A stretch of DNA of 64,000 bases, from the NCBI RefSeq assembly GCF_023055435.1, contig NW_025963791.1:16430001-16494000 (forward strand). Direction: 5' to 3'. This stretch comes from Haliotis rufescens. Taxonomy: Eukaryota. The position numbers were made by a program, and so were the translations under genes. Under the pieces are notes generated by a model, which was given only the letters and a program-made list of their open reading frames with translations, had not been told where the DNA came from and did not search any database. Shown here piece after piece: positions 14,770 to 26,319 of the stretch (the first letter of the stretch is position 1; the number at the start of each line of letters is the position of its first letter).

Positions 14770-14933
14770 GGGGCGGTCGGGTAGCCTAGTGGTTAAAGCG
14801 TTCGCTCGTCACGCCGAAGACCCGGGTTTGATTCCCGACATGGGTACAAGGTGTGAAGCCCATTTCTTGTGTCCCCCTGCCGTGATATTGCTGGAATATT
14901 GCTAAAAGCGGCGTAAAACCATACTCACTCACT
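14770..14933 (+). mobile_element. SINE family 1
   Basis: Full copy with TSD ccaatttgaga. Confidence 0.88.
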
Positions 14934-15686
14934 CCAATTTGAGATAGGCGTAGAGAGATTTACGTTCACAGGTAACTTTAAATGCATTTACCGATAATGA
15001 TATTTGACACACCCTTGTTCATTGTCTATTTAGGGATCACAAACAGAAGATTGTTTTATATATGTCGTGGGCAACACCCAGTCTAGCGATGTTACCACTG
15101 CATCACAACACCTACCCACACTTTGACCCAACACACGGCATACATTCATATACGCTGGCGCTTAGTATCCTCACGTCACGCATGTTGATTCCATTTATAC
15201 TGTATATCTTAAACGTCTGAAAAGAGAAAAGCTGTAGAAATCTATGACATTCCCATCGTAGGTTGACACGATTTGGGGGACGGACACTCGCCTTAGGCGT
15301 CGCAAGGAGATGTGTTGCGTCCATTAGGCGTGCCAGAAACCTATGATCGTGGGTGAGGATAAACCCACCGTTTCCCAGATAATGTGTTTGGGGATGTCAG
15401 TACCATACCCGTGCTTGAGGATTTCTCATGAGTGCTAATCGTCTAAAACCTGCATAAACATCGAGCTTTCCTCTCCCATTAAGCTAACATGCTGTGATGT
15501 AGCAGAAATACTGTTCAAAGCGGCGATACAAACATACTCACTCACACAGGCATTCGCCTTGCCAGCAACACATTTAATCAAATCAATATTGCATATGGCA
15601 TTTAGTAAGAACATAAATGCATGTCTTGGTTATACCCTATACAAGTTAAGTTACATCATATACTAGATCATTTCTAATTTCTAATT

Positions 15687-15855
15687 GGGGCGGTCGGGTA
15701 GCCCAGAGGTTAAAGCGTTCGCTCGTCACGCCGAGGACACGGGATCGATTCCCGACATGGGTACAATGTGTGAAGCCCATTTCTGGTGTCCCCCGCCATG
15801 ATATTGCTGGCATATTGCGAAGAGCGGCGTAAAACCATACTCATTCACCCACTCA
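15687..15855 (+). mobile_element. SINE family 1
   Basis: Full copy with TSD ctaatttctaatt. Confidence 0.88.
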
Positions 15856-16274
15856 CTAATTTCTAATTACATGTACTTTATAAAACTCATATATCATTGA
15901 CACCATCTGTCTATTTAGAACAGTCTTGGTTACCTGTATAAAATGCCGAACACTTGTGAACACATGCTGTGTAGTATCATTTACATACTTGTAAATGTGA
16001 TGTTGATGATAACAGAATAGTTTGCATACAAATCGTGTGCAAACAATAAAATATTCCAAATAGCAATAACAGTACACTGAAAACATGTCATGTCCCAACC
16101 ACATACATTTTGCTCTGGAGAAACTTATCAACTGTCTAATCTATTCTAATCGATCACATAGATTAGTTATATTATACAATGAGTGAGTGAGTTTGCGTTA
16201 ACACCACGCAACAGCCTAGTGTTGATGGAAATACCAATGTGACCGACAGTGCTGCTACTAATGGCTAACTTGAT

Positions 16275-16431
16275 GAGCGAGTGAGTGAGTGAGTGAGTGA
16301 TGATATACCCGCAATATCACAGCGATTGACACCATAAATGAGCTTCACACATTGTACCCATGTCGGGAATCGAACCCGGGTCTTCGGCGTGGCGAGCGAA
16401 CGCCTTAACCACTAGGCTTCCCGACCACCCC
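16275..16431 (-). mobile_element. SINE family 1
   Basis: Reverse copy with TSD ctaacttgatga. Confidence 0.8.
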
Positions 16432-17927
16432 TCTAACTTGATGAAACCAATTATCAGGGGTATGATGCTATGTAGGATTCGAACCCACGATGAAGGAGGT
16501 CAAATATTTTGTGGAACCACATGGATCAACAGCGGGGGATACCCAATAGGTTAAGGAAAACAATATCTTGCACTCAAATGTGTAGTCCAAAATGAGTCTT
16601 TGGCGTAAATAATTAACATCGAATATCCGAAGAAACAGAACACATAGACGTACAAATCAAAATAGAGGTGAAAATAATATGAATGGATCACTCAAAACCA
16701 GTGCTTAGAATAGTTTATACTCATTTTCGGCATTGTGAAGAAATCATCAAACAGCAGTATAATTAACAATGGCGTAGGATGTTCAAGATACAGTATTCCA
16801 GGCAATATAAATGATGCTTTGGGTTATTTTTACACATGTTTAGTAAACAGTAAACAGTAGAGTATGTTCAACTTACCAATACCTCCATTTCTAAGGTAAA
16901 ACCTCCATGCGAGTCAAATCTTGGACTTATCCCACCGTTATACACGGAGGGATTCGATTACACTTAATTTCTCAACAATTTCATTTTCACCCATCTGCTA
17001 TTGTTCGTAAAAGTACTACTTTAAAAGCGAAGTAGGTCCTTACTGTTATTACTTAAGACATAGCTTCCGCGTGAATGCGAACTGCCAGTGCAAGTGTACA
17101 TGTTTACTTCCATCAGCTGACCATGAAATCCATGAGACATGAACACAAATCCTGAAATAGGCAGCAGTGATAGCTGCAATGTTATGATGGTCGACGCATG
17201 TACGTAATCCATATATACAAAGAAGGCAGTGCGAGCCCCAACTGTAGAACGTTAACACCTATCATGTTGCTAAATATATCCGTGTGGCTTATGAACTGTA
17301 CGTATGTGAAAGTATGTGAAATCAATCAACTGTCTTTTCTAGCGATACAAAGCGCACACACTCAAATGACAGGCTATTATAACACGAATTTCAATGTGGA
17401 CAATTCTTGATGATATTGATTCATTGATAAGTGATGAAGCGTTAGTACAGTACAGTTGAATAGTACAAAGCAAACTTGGTACATGTCTGTCTCTTTGCTA
17501 ACATAATGAGTGAGTCAATTGATGTCTCAATGACAATAAAGCAAGCTGTTTCATGTGATAACCCTGTCAAACTTGAGGTAACTGTGATACTTAGTATTCA
17601 CCCAACGTGTATTGTGGAGTGGTTGTTTTAGTGTTGATAAATGAGATGATTTTTCAATGATCCATTCGCATAATTGTCAATGCTATTTTGACTTTTACGC
17701 CCAATGGAATCTGTTTCGGTAGATAATTGAGACTAAATATTCTGTCTCTGACATTTTATATATATTTGAATTTTAGTTATTGTATCAGGAATGTCAGTAG
17801 GCGTATGACGATGAAAATCTCACAATTGCGCAATTCCAGTATGTCACGTATGTCATGGCGTGACTAAGGAAAGCCTTACAGATTTACCACTGTGGTAACT
17901 ATGGTTTATTTGTTTGTTGTTTAACGC

Positions 17928-17929
<2 letters not shown>

Positions 17930-18001
<72 letters not shown>
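17930..18001. repeat. (TA)n microsatellite
   Basis: Direct reading. Confidence 0.95.
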
Positions 18002-18003
<2 letters not shown>

Positions 18004-18378
18004 CGTCACAGTTGTAATTTATGACATCATCATAAGTATGACGTCATTCATATGTCATTGTCATGAGACAGTGAAAGTACTGTCTGAAACTGATATAAAG
18101 AAGATGTTGGACTAAAGTGGACTTTATTATTTTATAAAATAGGAATGTCAACCAAACGAATCCGCTACAGGGGAATCGACACCCTAAACCTAACTAACAA
18201 ACACTGCCCCGATGATAAACAGCAATACTGGTTTACTGTAAAGTACTGATGTAGTAAATGGGGAAACAAGTTGAATCCACAACATATAACGAGCTTCAGC
18301 TCGTAAAATAATTTTTTAACGTTTATGTTATTTGTTAAGTGCATGAACTAGCCAAAGGATAAAACCGGAACAACTTAC

Positions 18379-18440
18379 CTACATGTACATGTCTTACAGT
18401 CTTTTCCCACGAGTGACAATGTCTGAATGAAACACACAGG
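18379..18440 (-). other. Putative upstream 5'UTR exon of gene B (5' end undefined)
   Basis: Donor ATGTAG|gtaagtt at 18379, in the position equivalent to 58602 of gene A. Confidence 0.4.
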
Positions 18441-18894
18441 TACCTTCGTGCAGTGGGAGTAACTATGACGAAGGGATATCACGTTCGGTGCTCCTATTGA
18501 TCAGTGGGGGTGGTACTTTTGTCATGAGGAACATTATAGTAAGATAGTCAACTCGACCTGAGCTTGAATGCAATTCGCGATCTACGCTTGAATGCAGTAT
18601 TATGCACTGACCTCGTTATTCAGTGAGAGCGGGTATGTACACATGTACAAGTTGCTTGGCCCTCCCATGAACTGATATGTTGGGTGTGACAAGGTCTCCT
18701 TTCATAGTTATTGTAGCTAGCATTCATGTCTGACTTGAGTCTGTCCTCGTTATCATTGTGCTGAATATCATACTTTAGGTTGACCTTTCGAGACTGTACA
18801 GTCACCTCCATGGTGGAGTGATATCGATGTAAGCCATTGTGTCCTTCGTTCACATGCAACAGGTAAACATTTCTTTCGTTTATGTATGGTTTTT

Positions 18895-19262
18895 TTTGTT
18901 TGTTTTGTTGTTTAACACCGCACTCAGCAATATTCCAGCTATACGAAGGCGATCTGTAAATAATCGAGTCCTACACCTACATCCAACTCTTTGTTGCTTT
19001 GTTCAAAAGTTTGTTTTTGTTTGTTTATTGTTTAATGCCGTACTATTCCAGTTATGACGGCGGTCTGCAAATAATGGAGTCTGGACCAGACAATCCAGTA
19101 AATGACATCATGAGCATCGATCCACGCAATTGGGATACGATGATATGCATCAACCAAGTCAGCGAGCCTGACCCCCCGATCCCGTTAGTCGCCTCTTACG
19201 ACAAGCGTAGTAGCCATTTACGGCTAGTATGGGTTGCTGAAGACCTATTCTACCCCGGATCG
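18895..19262 (-). mobile_element. Composite family-3 copy
   Basis: Tail fragment, then a 150-bp patch shared with 59708-59857, then the body. Confidence 0.8.
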
Positions 19263-19817
19263 TTACATCACGTTTATGTATGCATGCGTGCGTGCGTGCG
19301 TGTCACTCTACACATCATTGTATGTATATTTGGCGGGTGCATGGAGGTTGTATGAATGTTACCAACCAATTTCACCCACTAAGCAAGCATGTAACTAGGT
19401 ATGTTTGAGTGTTTGTTTGAGTCTACTAATTAATTAGTGTGAACAAGTGTGAAAGATAATTCTCGCGATATGAAAAGGGAAATTACGGTACATACAGCTT
19501 TGATATTCTGGCAACAACGCTTTCATTTGCTTGGACCGGAAAATGCTTCGTGTCAAGTTACCAACTTAAGTTATAGCTCATTTTCAGCAAACAACTACTT
19601 TGTAACCCTGGATCACTGATGTAACTTTATAAGCTCAAAAAAAGAATTCACATGTTTTACATCCACGGCACACTAGTCGTCTGCTTGTTTACTTCCCTGG
19701 AGTAAATGTCACGTAACCAGACACGTGATGTCGTCGTCAAACAAGTGAAGGTAATTTCTTATAGAAAGCTTGATGCTTTTGGAGAACTTCTGTCTCTACA
19801 ATGTTATGGAAGATAAA

Positions 19818-20116
19818 ACCGCCTACGTGGTCTTGTGGTAGAGCGTCCGCCCGGAGAGCGGAAGGTCCGGGGTCGATTCCCGGCCGCGTCATACCAAATG
19901 ACGTCAACAGATGGTACTTGTTGTTTCCCTGTCTTGGGCTCGACATTAAGGGACTAAAACAAGGACTGGTCGGCTTGGAGTCAGTATACTGTGTCTGAGT
20001 GGGGTATTCATGTTAAACTGCGGCATGGTATCTCAGTGAGCTAGCACTATAAATCGGCATCAGTCCGGACTAGTACAACTAGCCTCACACGACGTTAAAG
20101 CCAATTTCACCTCACC
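19818..20116 (+). mobile_element. SINE family 2 (tRNA head + Meta-like core)
   Basis: GTCATACCAAATGAC..ATGGTACTTGTTG..CATTAAGGG core and a 13-bp TSD tatggaagataaa. Confidence 0.85.
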
Positions 20117-20299
20117 TATGGAAGATAAAGTTTAATTTTCACAGGTTTTGACCAATGGTGAACCAACCAGAAGAGGCAACATTTATATGGGCAATATTTG
20201 TCTGCAGGCCTCGACAATGCATATAAAATTGTTTTGGATAGGATGGCAATTAGGAAAGCTGCCACTACCTTTGCTGTTCCATTTGCTACACTTGATGAC

Positions 20300-20880
20300 A
20301 CTAAAAGGGACTTGTGGAGAGTCATACCCCACCATCAGTAGTCCCATCGAGTCAGAGAACTCCAGCTGCGGCACTACAACTGTGATAGGTTGCGGCAATG
20401 CGTCTGGTAATTCTTTACCACCGTATTTTGCATTCAAGGGCAAGAGGATGAGGGAAGACATACTTTCAGGAAGTACACCTGGAGCAGCAGGCACTGTAAA
20501 CGACTGGCTTGTCAAACAGATTATCAACACTATCTGACAGAGCATTTCCTGAAGCATGCTGTCGCCGCGTCTGCAGATAGTCAACTTCTTATTGTGTACG
20601 ATGGTCATATATCTCACGTGTCTATTCCACTCATCGAATGGCCACGTCAGCCTCACATTATTTTGTTTGTACTGCCTGCACACACGTCCCATGTTTTAAA
20701 GCCAACAGAACAACAACTACGGGCATAAGTGTATGCGGGATAAAGTTCAGTTGATAAACATTCGGTTTGTGAACTTGGCTGTAGAACTTATAACCTGTCG
20801 CTGACACCAACACATTTGCAATCCTCTTTCAGGAAATGTGGACACATTTGACAAGTCTACCACAACCAATATTAACTTTG
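20300..20880 (+). mobile_element. pogo/CENP-B-like DDE transposase remnant
   Basis: TTVIGCGNASGNSLPPYFAFKGKRM..GSTPGAAG, then after frameshifts EHFLKHA..LLIVYDGHISHVSIPLIEW..HIILFVLPAHTSHVL. Confidence 0.8.
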
Positions 20881-21602
20881 CGCCATCAACAGTTCGCACA
20901 CGGGTTCGTGTTCGTGTGTCGATATTCTGAGTTTTGGTGCCCCTGTCCCGATGAGCTTGAAGAAAAACTCCCTGCATCAACCTTGTAAATAAGCTGGATA
21001 TGTGTGACTTTTGATCGTTTGTTCAACATTAAAACATAACACGAACGTTCCATGGACAAAAAATATCATAAAACCTCTGTGGAATGCTCTAATTCGGAGT
21101 TGGACACAAGAGATCGTCCATACATGTCATCCCTGTTACGTGACAAGCCAGCCAATCAAATGATTGAACTTGTGTGACGTTGCTTTCTGGGTCACTTCTG
21201 TTGTGCCCTGGGTGTCAGTTTCAGTTGAAATAGCTAGAATCCGAAATGTTTGACATATTTGATATATGAAAATTAGATCATATGAATATTACTCTGAATA
21301 GTCAGCGATTTTTCGTAAGTGATGGAACTTCCATGACACGAGGATATGTATGGTTTGATAGTTGTACATGAAGTGTCCCATAAGACCTTATCGGCAGGAT
21401 TCCTGGAGCAACACAAAACTGGATAATCAACGAAACCAAGTAGTTGAGTAGTATAGGTAATGGGGGTTCTGGACCACTTCCACTGGAGCCAGATTCATAT
21501 ACCTATACTGCTACTACAGGTGGCATTTTTTATGCCAAAATGATGATGCGATTCAACGATAGTCATAAGTCGTATTAAAAGAAACATCAATATTAATTAA
21601 TA

Positions 21603-22553
21603 ATGGATAAAATTTACTATAGCCCACGAGGATATTGGAAAGGTGTAGGAGCAATAAAAAAATTAGCCACCGCGGCTAAGGTATCTAAAGATGTGGCCAA
21701 GGATTGGTTATAGAAACAATCGATGTGGCAAATATATTTACCGGCACCGCGTTATATACCGAGGAAGAAGTTTGATATTTTTACAACGAATGAAGTTCAT
21801 CAGGCTGACCTCTTGTTTCTTCCCCACGATAAGGTAAAACGCAAAACGTATAAATACGCTTTAACAGTAGTGGATGTGGCTAGTCGATACAAAGAGGCTG
21901 AGCCATTAACTTCGAAAGATTCAACAGAAGTAGCTAATGCACTGAGCCGCATATATAAACGCGGACCGCTAAAATGGCCTAAGCTATTTCAAGTAGATCC
22001 CGGTCGCGAGTTTATGGGATCGGTAACTAAACTGTTAACAAAGAACGATGTCGAAATCGTCCGTGGTGAAAGAGAGGCCCACCGCAGTCAAGCTATCGTC
22101 GAAAGATTTAACAGGACATTAGCGGAACGTTTGTTTGGCTATCATTATGGGATCGAAATGAAATCCGAGCGATTGAGATCAACCGAATGGGTGACACGAT
22201 TATCAGCTGTTGTATCAGCGCTGAATAATGAAGTAACGAGATTAATAGGGAAGAAACCATCCGATGCTATTAAAATGAAATCCGTGACTTCCGAATCTTC
22301 AGCATCGAGGAGAGGCAAAGAACGAAAACTTCCGGATAGAGTAAGGGTAAGATATTTATACCAGGCAGGTGAACTCGAAGGAGGCCTACGTCGCGCAACC
22401 GATCCCATATGGTCCCTAAAGACGTATAACATTAGTCGATTGATTATGAAAGAAGGAGAGCCTATTCTATATTATCTTCAAGATGGACCGGGTAGGGCAT
22501 TTGTACGAGAAGAGTTGTTCATAGTTCCCGACGGTACGGTATTACCACCATAA
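21603..22553 (+). pseudogene. Polinton/Maverick (adintovirus-like) retroviral-type DDE integrase with one premature stop
   Basis: MDKIYYSPRGYWKG..KDWL*KQSMWQIYLPAPRYIPR. Catalytic residues in HQADLL, VDPGREF and IVERFNRTL. In-frame TAG at 21711-21713. Ends YYLQDGPGRAFVREEL..LPP. Confidence 0.88.
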
Positions 22554-23362
22554 CCATAAACATAGGTAGTTACACCATCATTATCAATCCATCTCTTTGT
22601 ATGTAAGGGGGATAATGGTGTCTTGTTCATTCTTAATCCATATATCCTATGATTGTAACTTCTTAAAGAGTTCATCTCGTGTTTGAACGTTCTACCGTTG
22701 AATAATGATACTTTATACTGTTCGTCTTGATATGCTTTTTTACAACATACTTCTTAACACCCTTATCTTTTCTTATTTCTCCATTATCGGACTTCTTTAT
22801 AGAATACATCTTAGGTCTTAATCCGACATACTCGGCTATAGGGGTCCCAGCACATTCATCCTTCATCTTACCTAACACCTTTTTATTTACAACGCTGTGC
22901 AGTGGATTATCTTTAGGGTAATCGCTCGTGTCGTACATATCTATTTTTTCTGCCATATCTTTATACACATCCTCGGTTTGTATTTCCATCAACAAAGAAT
23001 CTGTGTCGGTATATAAAACCTCGCATCTATCACCGTATTGCTTCTTAAGTTCGTTGTAATAAAAGTCATACATTAAGTGTTTTGACAAGTCGAGAATACT
23101 CATACCGACGTACACCGGTCTGTTGAATTTTATATTACTCTTCTGCATATGTAGTGCAGCTAAGTCGTTATCGAATATCTTGCTTCTGTTAAAAGCCGGA
23201 CTGGCTATAAGTTTCCTGAGTCTTTCTTCCTCATTAGATCTGACTAATTTAACATCAACACGCTTCCTTAGATTCTCCATAGTTTTACCAAATACTGAGT
23301 TATTCATGAGCTTAAACAGGTTCTTTTCGAAATCGCTGGTAGCTATCTTTCTTAAATCTAGT
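22478..23362 (-). pseudogene. Polinton/adintovirus protein-primed family-B DNA polymerase, C-terminal fragment with frameshift
   Basis: FEKNLFKLMNNSVFGKTMEN (motif B), YTDTDS (motif C), NKKVLGKMKDE, GLRPKMYS, KGVKK. A 1-nt frameshift near 22725 leads into HEQYK..MNSLRSYNH..KTPLSPLHTKRWI..YGY. The 5' part is missing. Confidence 0.9.
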
Positions 23363-23712
23363 TGTGTTGTTTGTCCAGCAACAGAAAAAATTACATGAAT
23401 TTGTTTTTCACAATATAACATAATATAATCACAAGGTGGGACAAGCGGTCCAAAAGCTATGCCATTGTATTCAATTCATGCCTTAAGATATTGCTGACAC
23501 GTGATCTCACTGTGGACGGACCGTGGTGTAGGGGATTGCTGCCGTGGTGTAGTAGAGAGAACCTTTGTCCACAGATTTAAAGGTCGGTGGTTCCATCCCT
23601 GTGCTCCGTCATACCAAGAAGACGTTACTAATCGTAGTTGTGTTACCCTTAAAGGGGTTAAAACAAGGATTGGCCATATCCACACTGTAGAAACCAGAAC
23701 TACAAACCAGAC

Positions 23713-23880
23713 TTCTTTCAGTGTCATTTAGAAGTTGGTGTGATGAAGTAAGACGAGTTCTATGGTTGAACAACTTCTTTATTACAAATAGTGCGACGTT
23801 TCGGTGTAGATTCTAACACCTTTATAGTCGCACTAATTGTAATAAAGAAGTTGTTCATCCATAGAACTCGTCTTACTTCA
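23713..23880. mobile_element. Palindromic Penelope-pLTR-derived mini-insertion with 11-bp TSD
   Basis: 54-bp inverted arms 23744-23797 and 23827-23880 around a half hammerhead (GGTGT..ACACC GAAACGTC GCAC). TSD ACAAACCAGAC at 23702-23712 and 23881-23891. Confidence 0.7.
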
Positions 23881-24579
23881 ACAAACCAGACCTGGCATTC
23901 GAGCTTCAACCGTCGAGACGCATGCTATTTAAACCACTTCAAGTTTATATACATGATAATAACAGAGTAAAACACAACGGAAATCAAAGTAATGCATCTG
24001 AATGCTGGACGTCACTTGCGAGCAAAGAGGGGAATAGACAGGGAGCAAGATAACGCCCTGCAGACCGCAGGCTCTTGACTGGGGAGATTGTGCCTATAAA
24101 ACATATGAATGTAAACCTACAGTGTCATACCTGTGCCATTTGGTTTTGTTTTACATGAGTACTATTGTATAATGTACACATATTCTTTGTGTGGTATTTA
24201 TCTTGCTTACATCGGTGTTATTATTGATGTATTGGAAATATAATAACATAATCATTAAACATCATTTCTGGAACTTTATTTTAGCTATCCGGGAATAAAT
24301 GACTGCAGTAACGTAGCGTCTACCCCTGTTAAATTCGTATTTACAATTTCGCTCCTTGACACGACCCCCATGCTTTTGTCAGCTGTTGTCTGGTTGAAAT
24401 TCAGTGAAGTCACGATCTCTAGGCCCAACTCAACAATACAATGTAAAGCCTTTGACGTTGTGCTCAACGAAGCGTAGCATCATTTACTACATTGTAAATG
24501 GAGGTTGACGATACCATGGTGTGCCACATACCAGTCATGTGCAACCAGTAAAATGATCTTAAAAGAAATATTAATGCAG

Positions 24580-24778
24580 TTTAACGTGAATACCCCACTC
24601 AGGCACAGTATACTGGCTCCGGGCCGACCAGTTCTTGCTTTAGCCCCTTAATGCCGAGCGCCAGACAGGGTAACAAGTACCATCTTTAAACGTCTTTTGA
24701 CATGACGCGGCTTGGGGCGAACCCCGGATCTTCCGCTCTCCGGGCGTACGCTCTACCACTAGACCACGTAGGCGGTCG
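24580..24778 (-). mobile_element. SINE family 2 (partial)
   Basis: Head and core match the 19818 copy. Confidence 0.8.
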
Positions 24779-25040
24779 CTTGGCATATAATGATCTGATG
24801 GACTTGTTATGACAGTAATGCACCATGTACGTTTTAAGTGCCCAGGAGATGGAATGTCTGTGAAGGAATCACGTACATGTAAGGTTTTTAGCCAAGACAA
24901 TTGTCGGACCCTCAATGACAAGGTTAGTATCCAGTACAAGGGATTTCAGTTATCTCCAAATACACGAGGTTATATGTGGGTCTACGTAAACGTTAAGGTA
25001 CATACTCATAATAGGCCTGCAGTGTCTCTAGGCGGGATCT

Positions 25041-25043
<3 letters not shown>

Positions 25044-25103
<60 letters not shown>
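25044..25103. repeat. (TA)n(CA)n microsatellite
   Basis: Direct reading. Confidence 0.95.
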
Positions 25104-25104
<1 letters not shown>

Positions 25105-25325
25105 AAGGAAACATAGCACATCATCCGCAACGGAGCTGCATCCAACCTTATAGCGAAGGACAAAGTTCGTCCCGCACAAAGTGAGCTTTATAGACAACAT
25201 ATTAGCTTTCAAAAATAGGGATCAAGAAAAAACAGTATTTCCTATTATGTGGCAATGTAAGCTAACAACCTGTGTTAAACATATTTTCTAACTGGTGACA
25301 AACTGAATTCGATACCATTGGAGAT

Positions 25326-25945
25326 GTGAGGTGAAATGGGGTTTAAACATTACGTTCAAGATTATGCAACGTGTATGTACGTGTGTGTGTCTGTGTGGCT
25401 GCTTGTGCAAGTCCAGACTAGTCCATTGAGTGGCACGTGGTCCTGTGTACAGCACACAGGTCACAAATCAGGTGTTGGTTGCGGGGAGTAGTGGGATGGG
25501 TGACCGCGTTTGGCAGCTGATCCATACTGAAGCACATGTAGCACATGTTGTATCTCCTTAGACAAGTATCTCTTTTTGCAAACATGCCTCTGTTTAGGCA
25601 GCAGAGAATGGATACTCTGGTAGGATGAGATGGTAATGTGACTGTTAACCTTCTTATTTCTAGCGCCTCGCAAACAGCTTGGGTTGTATACTACCCAAGG
25701 TGCTGAGAATGAAAATCGAGTGCACAATGATCCATTGACCGGGGAAATAATGTAGTCCTTTAAGCATGCCTTAGGCTGTAGATTTGGCGCATAATAAATA
25801 TGCACATAATAAATACCATGCCGCAGTTTAACATCGATACCCAACTCAGGCACATCATGCTGACTCCGAGACGACCAATCCTTGCTTTATCTCCTTAATG
25901 CAGAGCGCCAGGCAGGGTAACAAAGTGTATGGTAAGACGCGGCCA
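25326..25945 (-). mobile_element. SINE family 2, split by ~380 bp of unrelated sequence
   Basis: Tail at 25326-25430 and core at 25815-25945. Confidence 0.6.
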
Positions 25946-26279
25946 GTGGACTCGGCAAAGGGTGTATATTGAAGACTTGCATTCGATCTTGTCCCACCTT
26001 GTCACACAAGTGCCTGCGATAATAGTCTCATTGTAAGCATTGGACGTAAATCGATCCTCAAATACTAAATACCTGTTTGATGTGTTACAAAAACGCTCAC
26101 TGTAATATAATAGTCGAAATCCGACTCCTTGCGACCAGAGAGGTAGTCTCCATCCGGGGTTTGACGCATTGAACTCTACCTTATTACCGTCTGACCAAGC
26201 TATCAGACAACAAAAAGCAAAGGTACCACATCGGGCATAAGGAAGGGAATATATGGATGTCAACTTCTTATTTGACGTA

Positions 26280-26319
26280 CACAACGTTTCGGAGTATATG
26301 CTTACTCCTTCATCGGGTG
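26280..26319 (-). ncRNA. Minimal type-I hammerhead-ribozyme-like motif (Penelope pLTR type)
   Basis: Minus strand CAC-CCGAUGA-A-GGAGUA-AGCAUA-UACUCC-GAAA-CG-UU-GUG: stem I, core with a U4>C change, 6-bp stem II, GAAA and a palindromic stem III. Followed by AATAAGAAGTTG..CATCCATA, as in the 23.8 kb copy. Confidence 0.6.

Larger units (their letters stand above)
21590..23362. mobile_element. Truncated endogenous Polinton/adintovirus-like element
   Basis: Intronless integrase and pPolB arranged convergently. No TIRs, capsid or ATPase genes seen. Confidence 0.85.

Noticed and set aside
25895-26284. 129-aa ORF downstream of gene A as a possible NUDT9-H exon
   Set aside because: No Nudix or NUDT9-H motifs, and it is flanked by repeat fragments.
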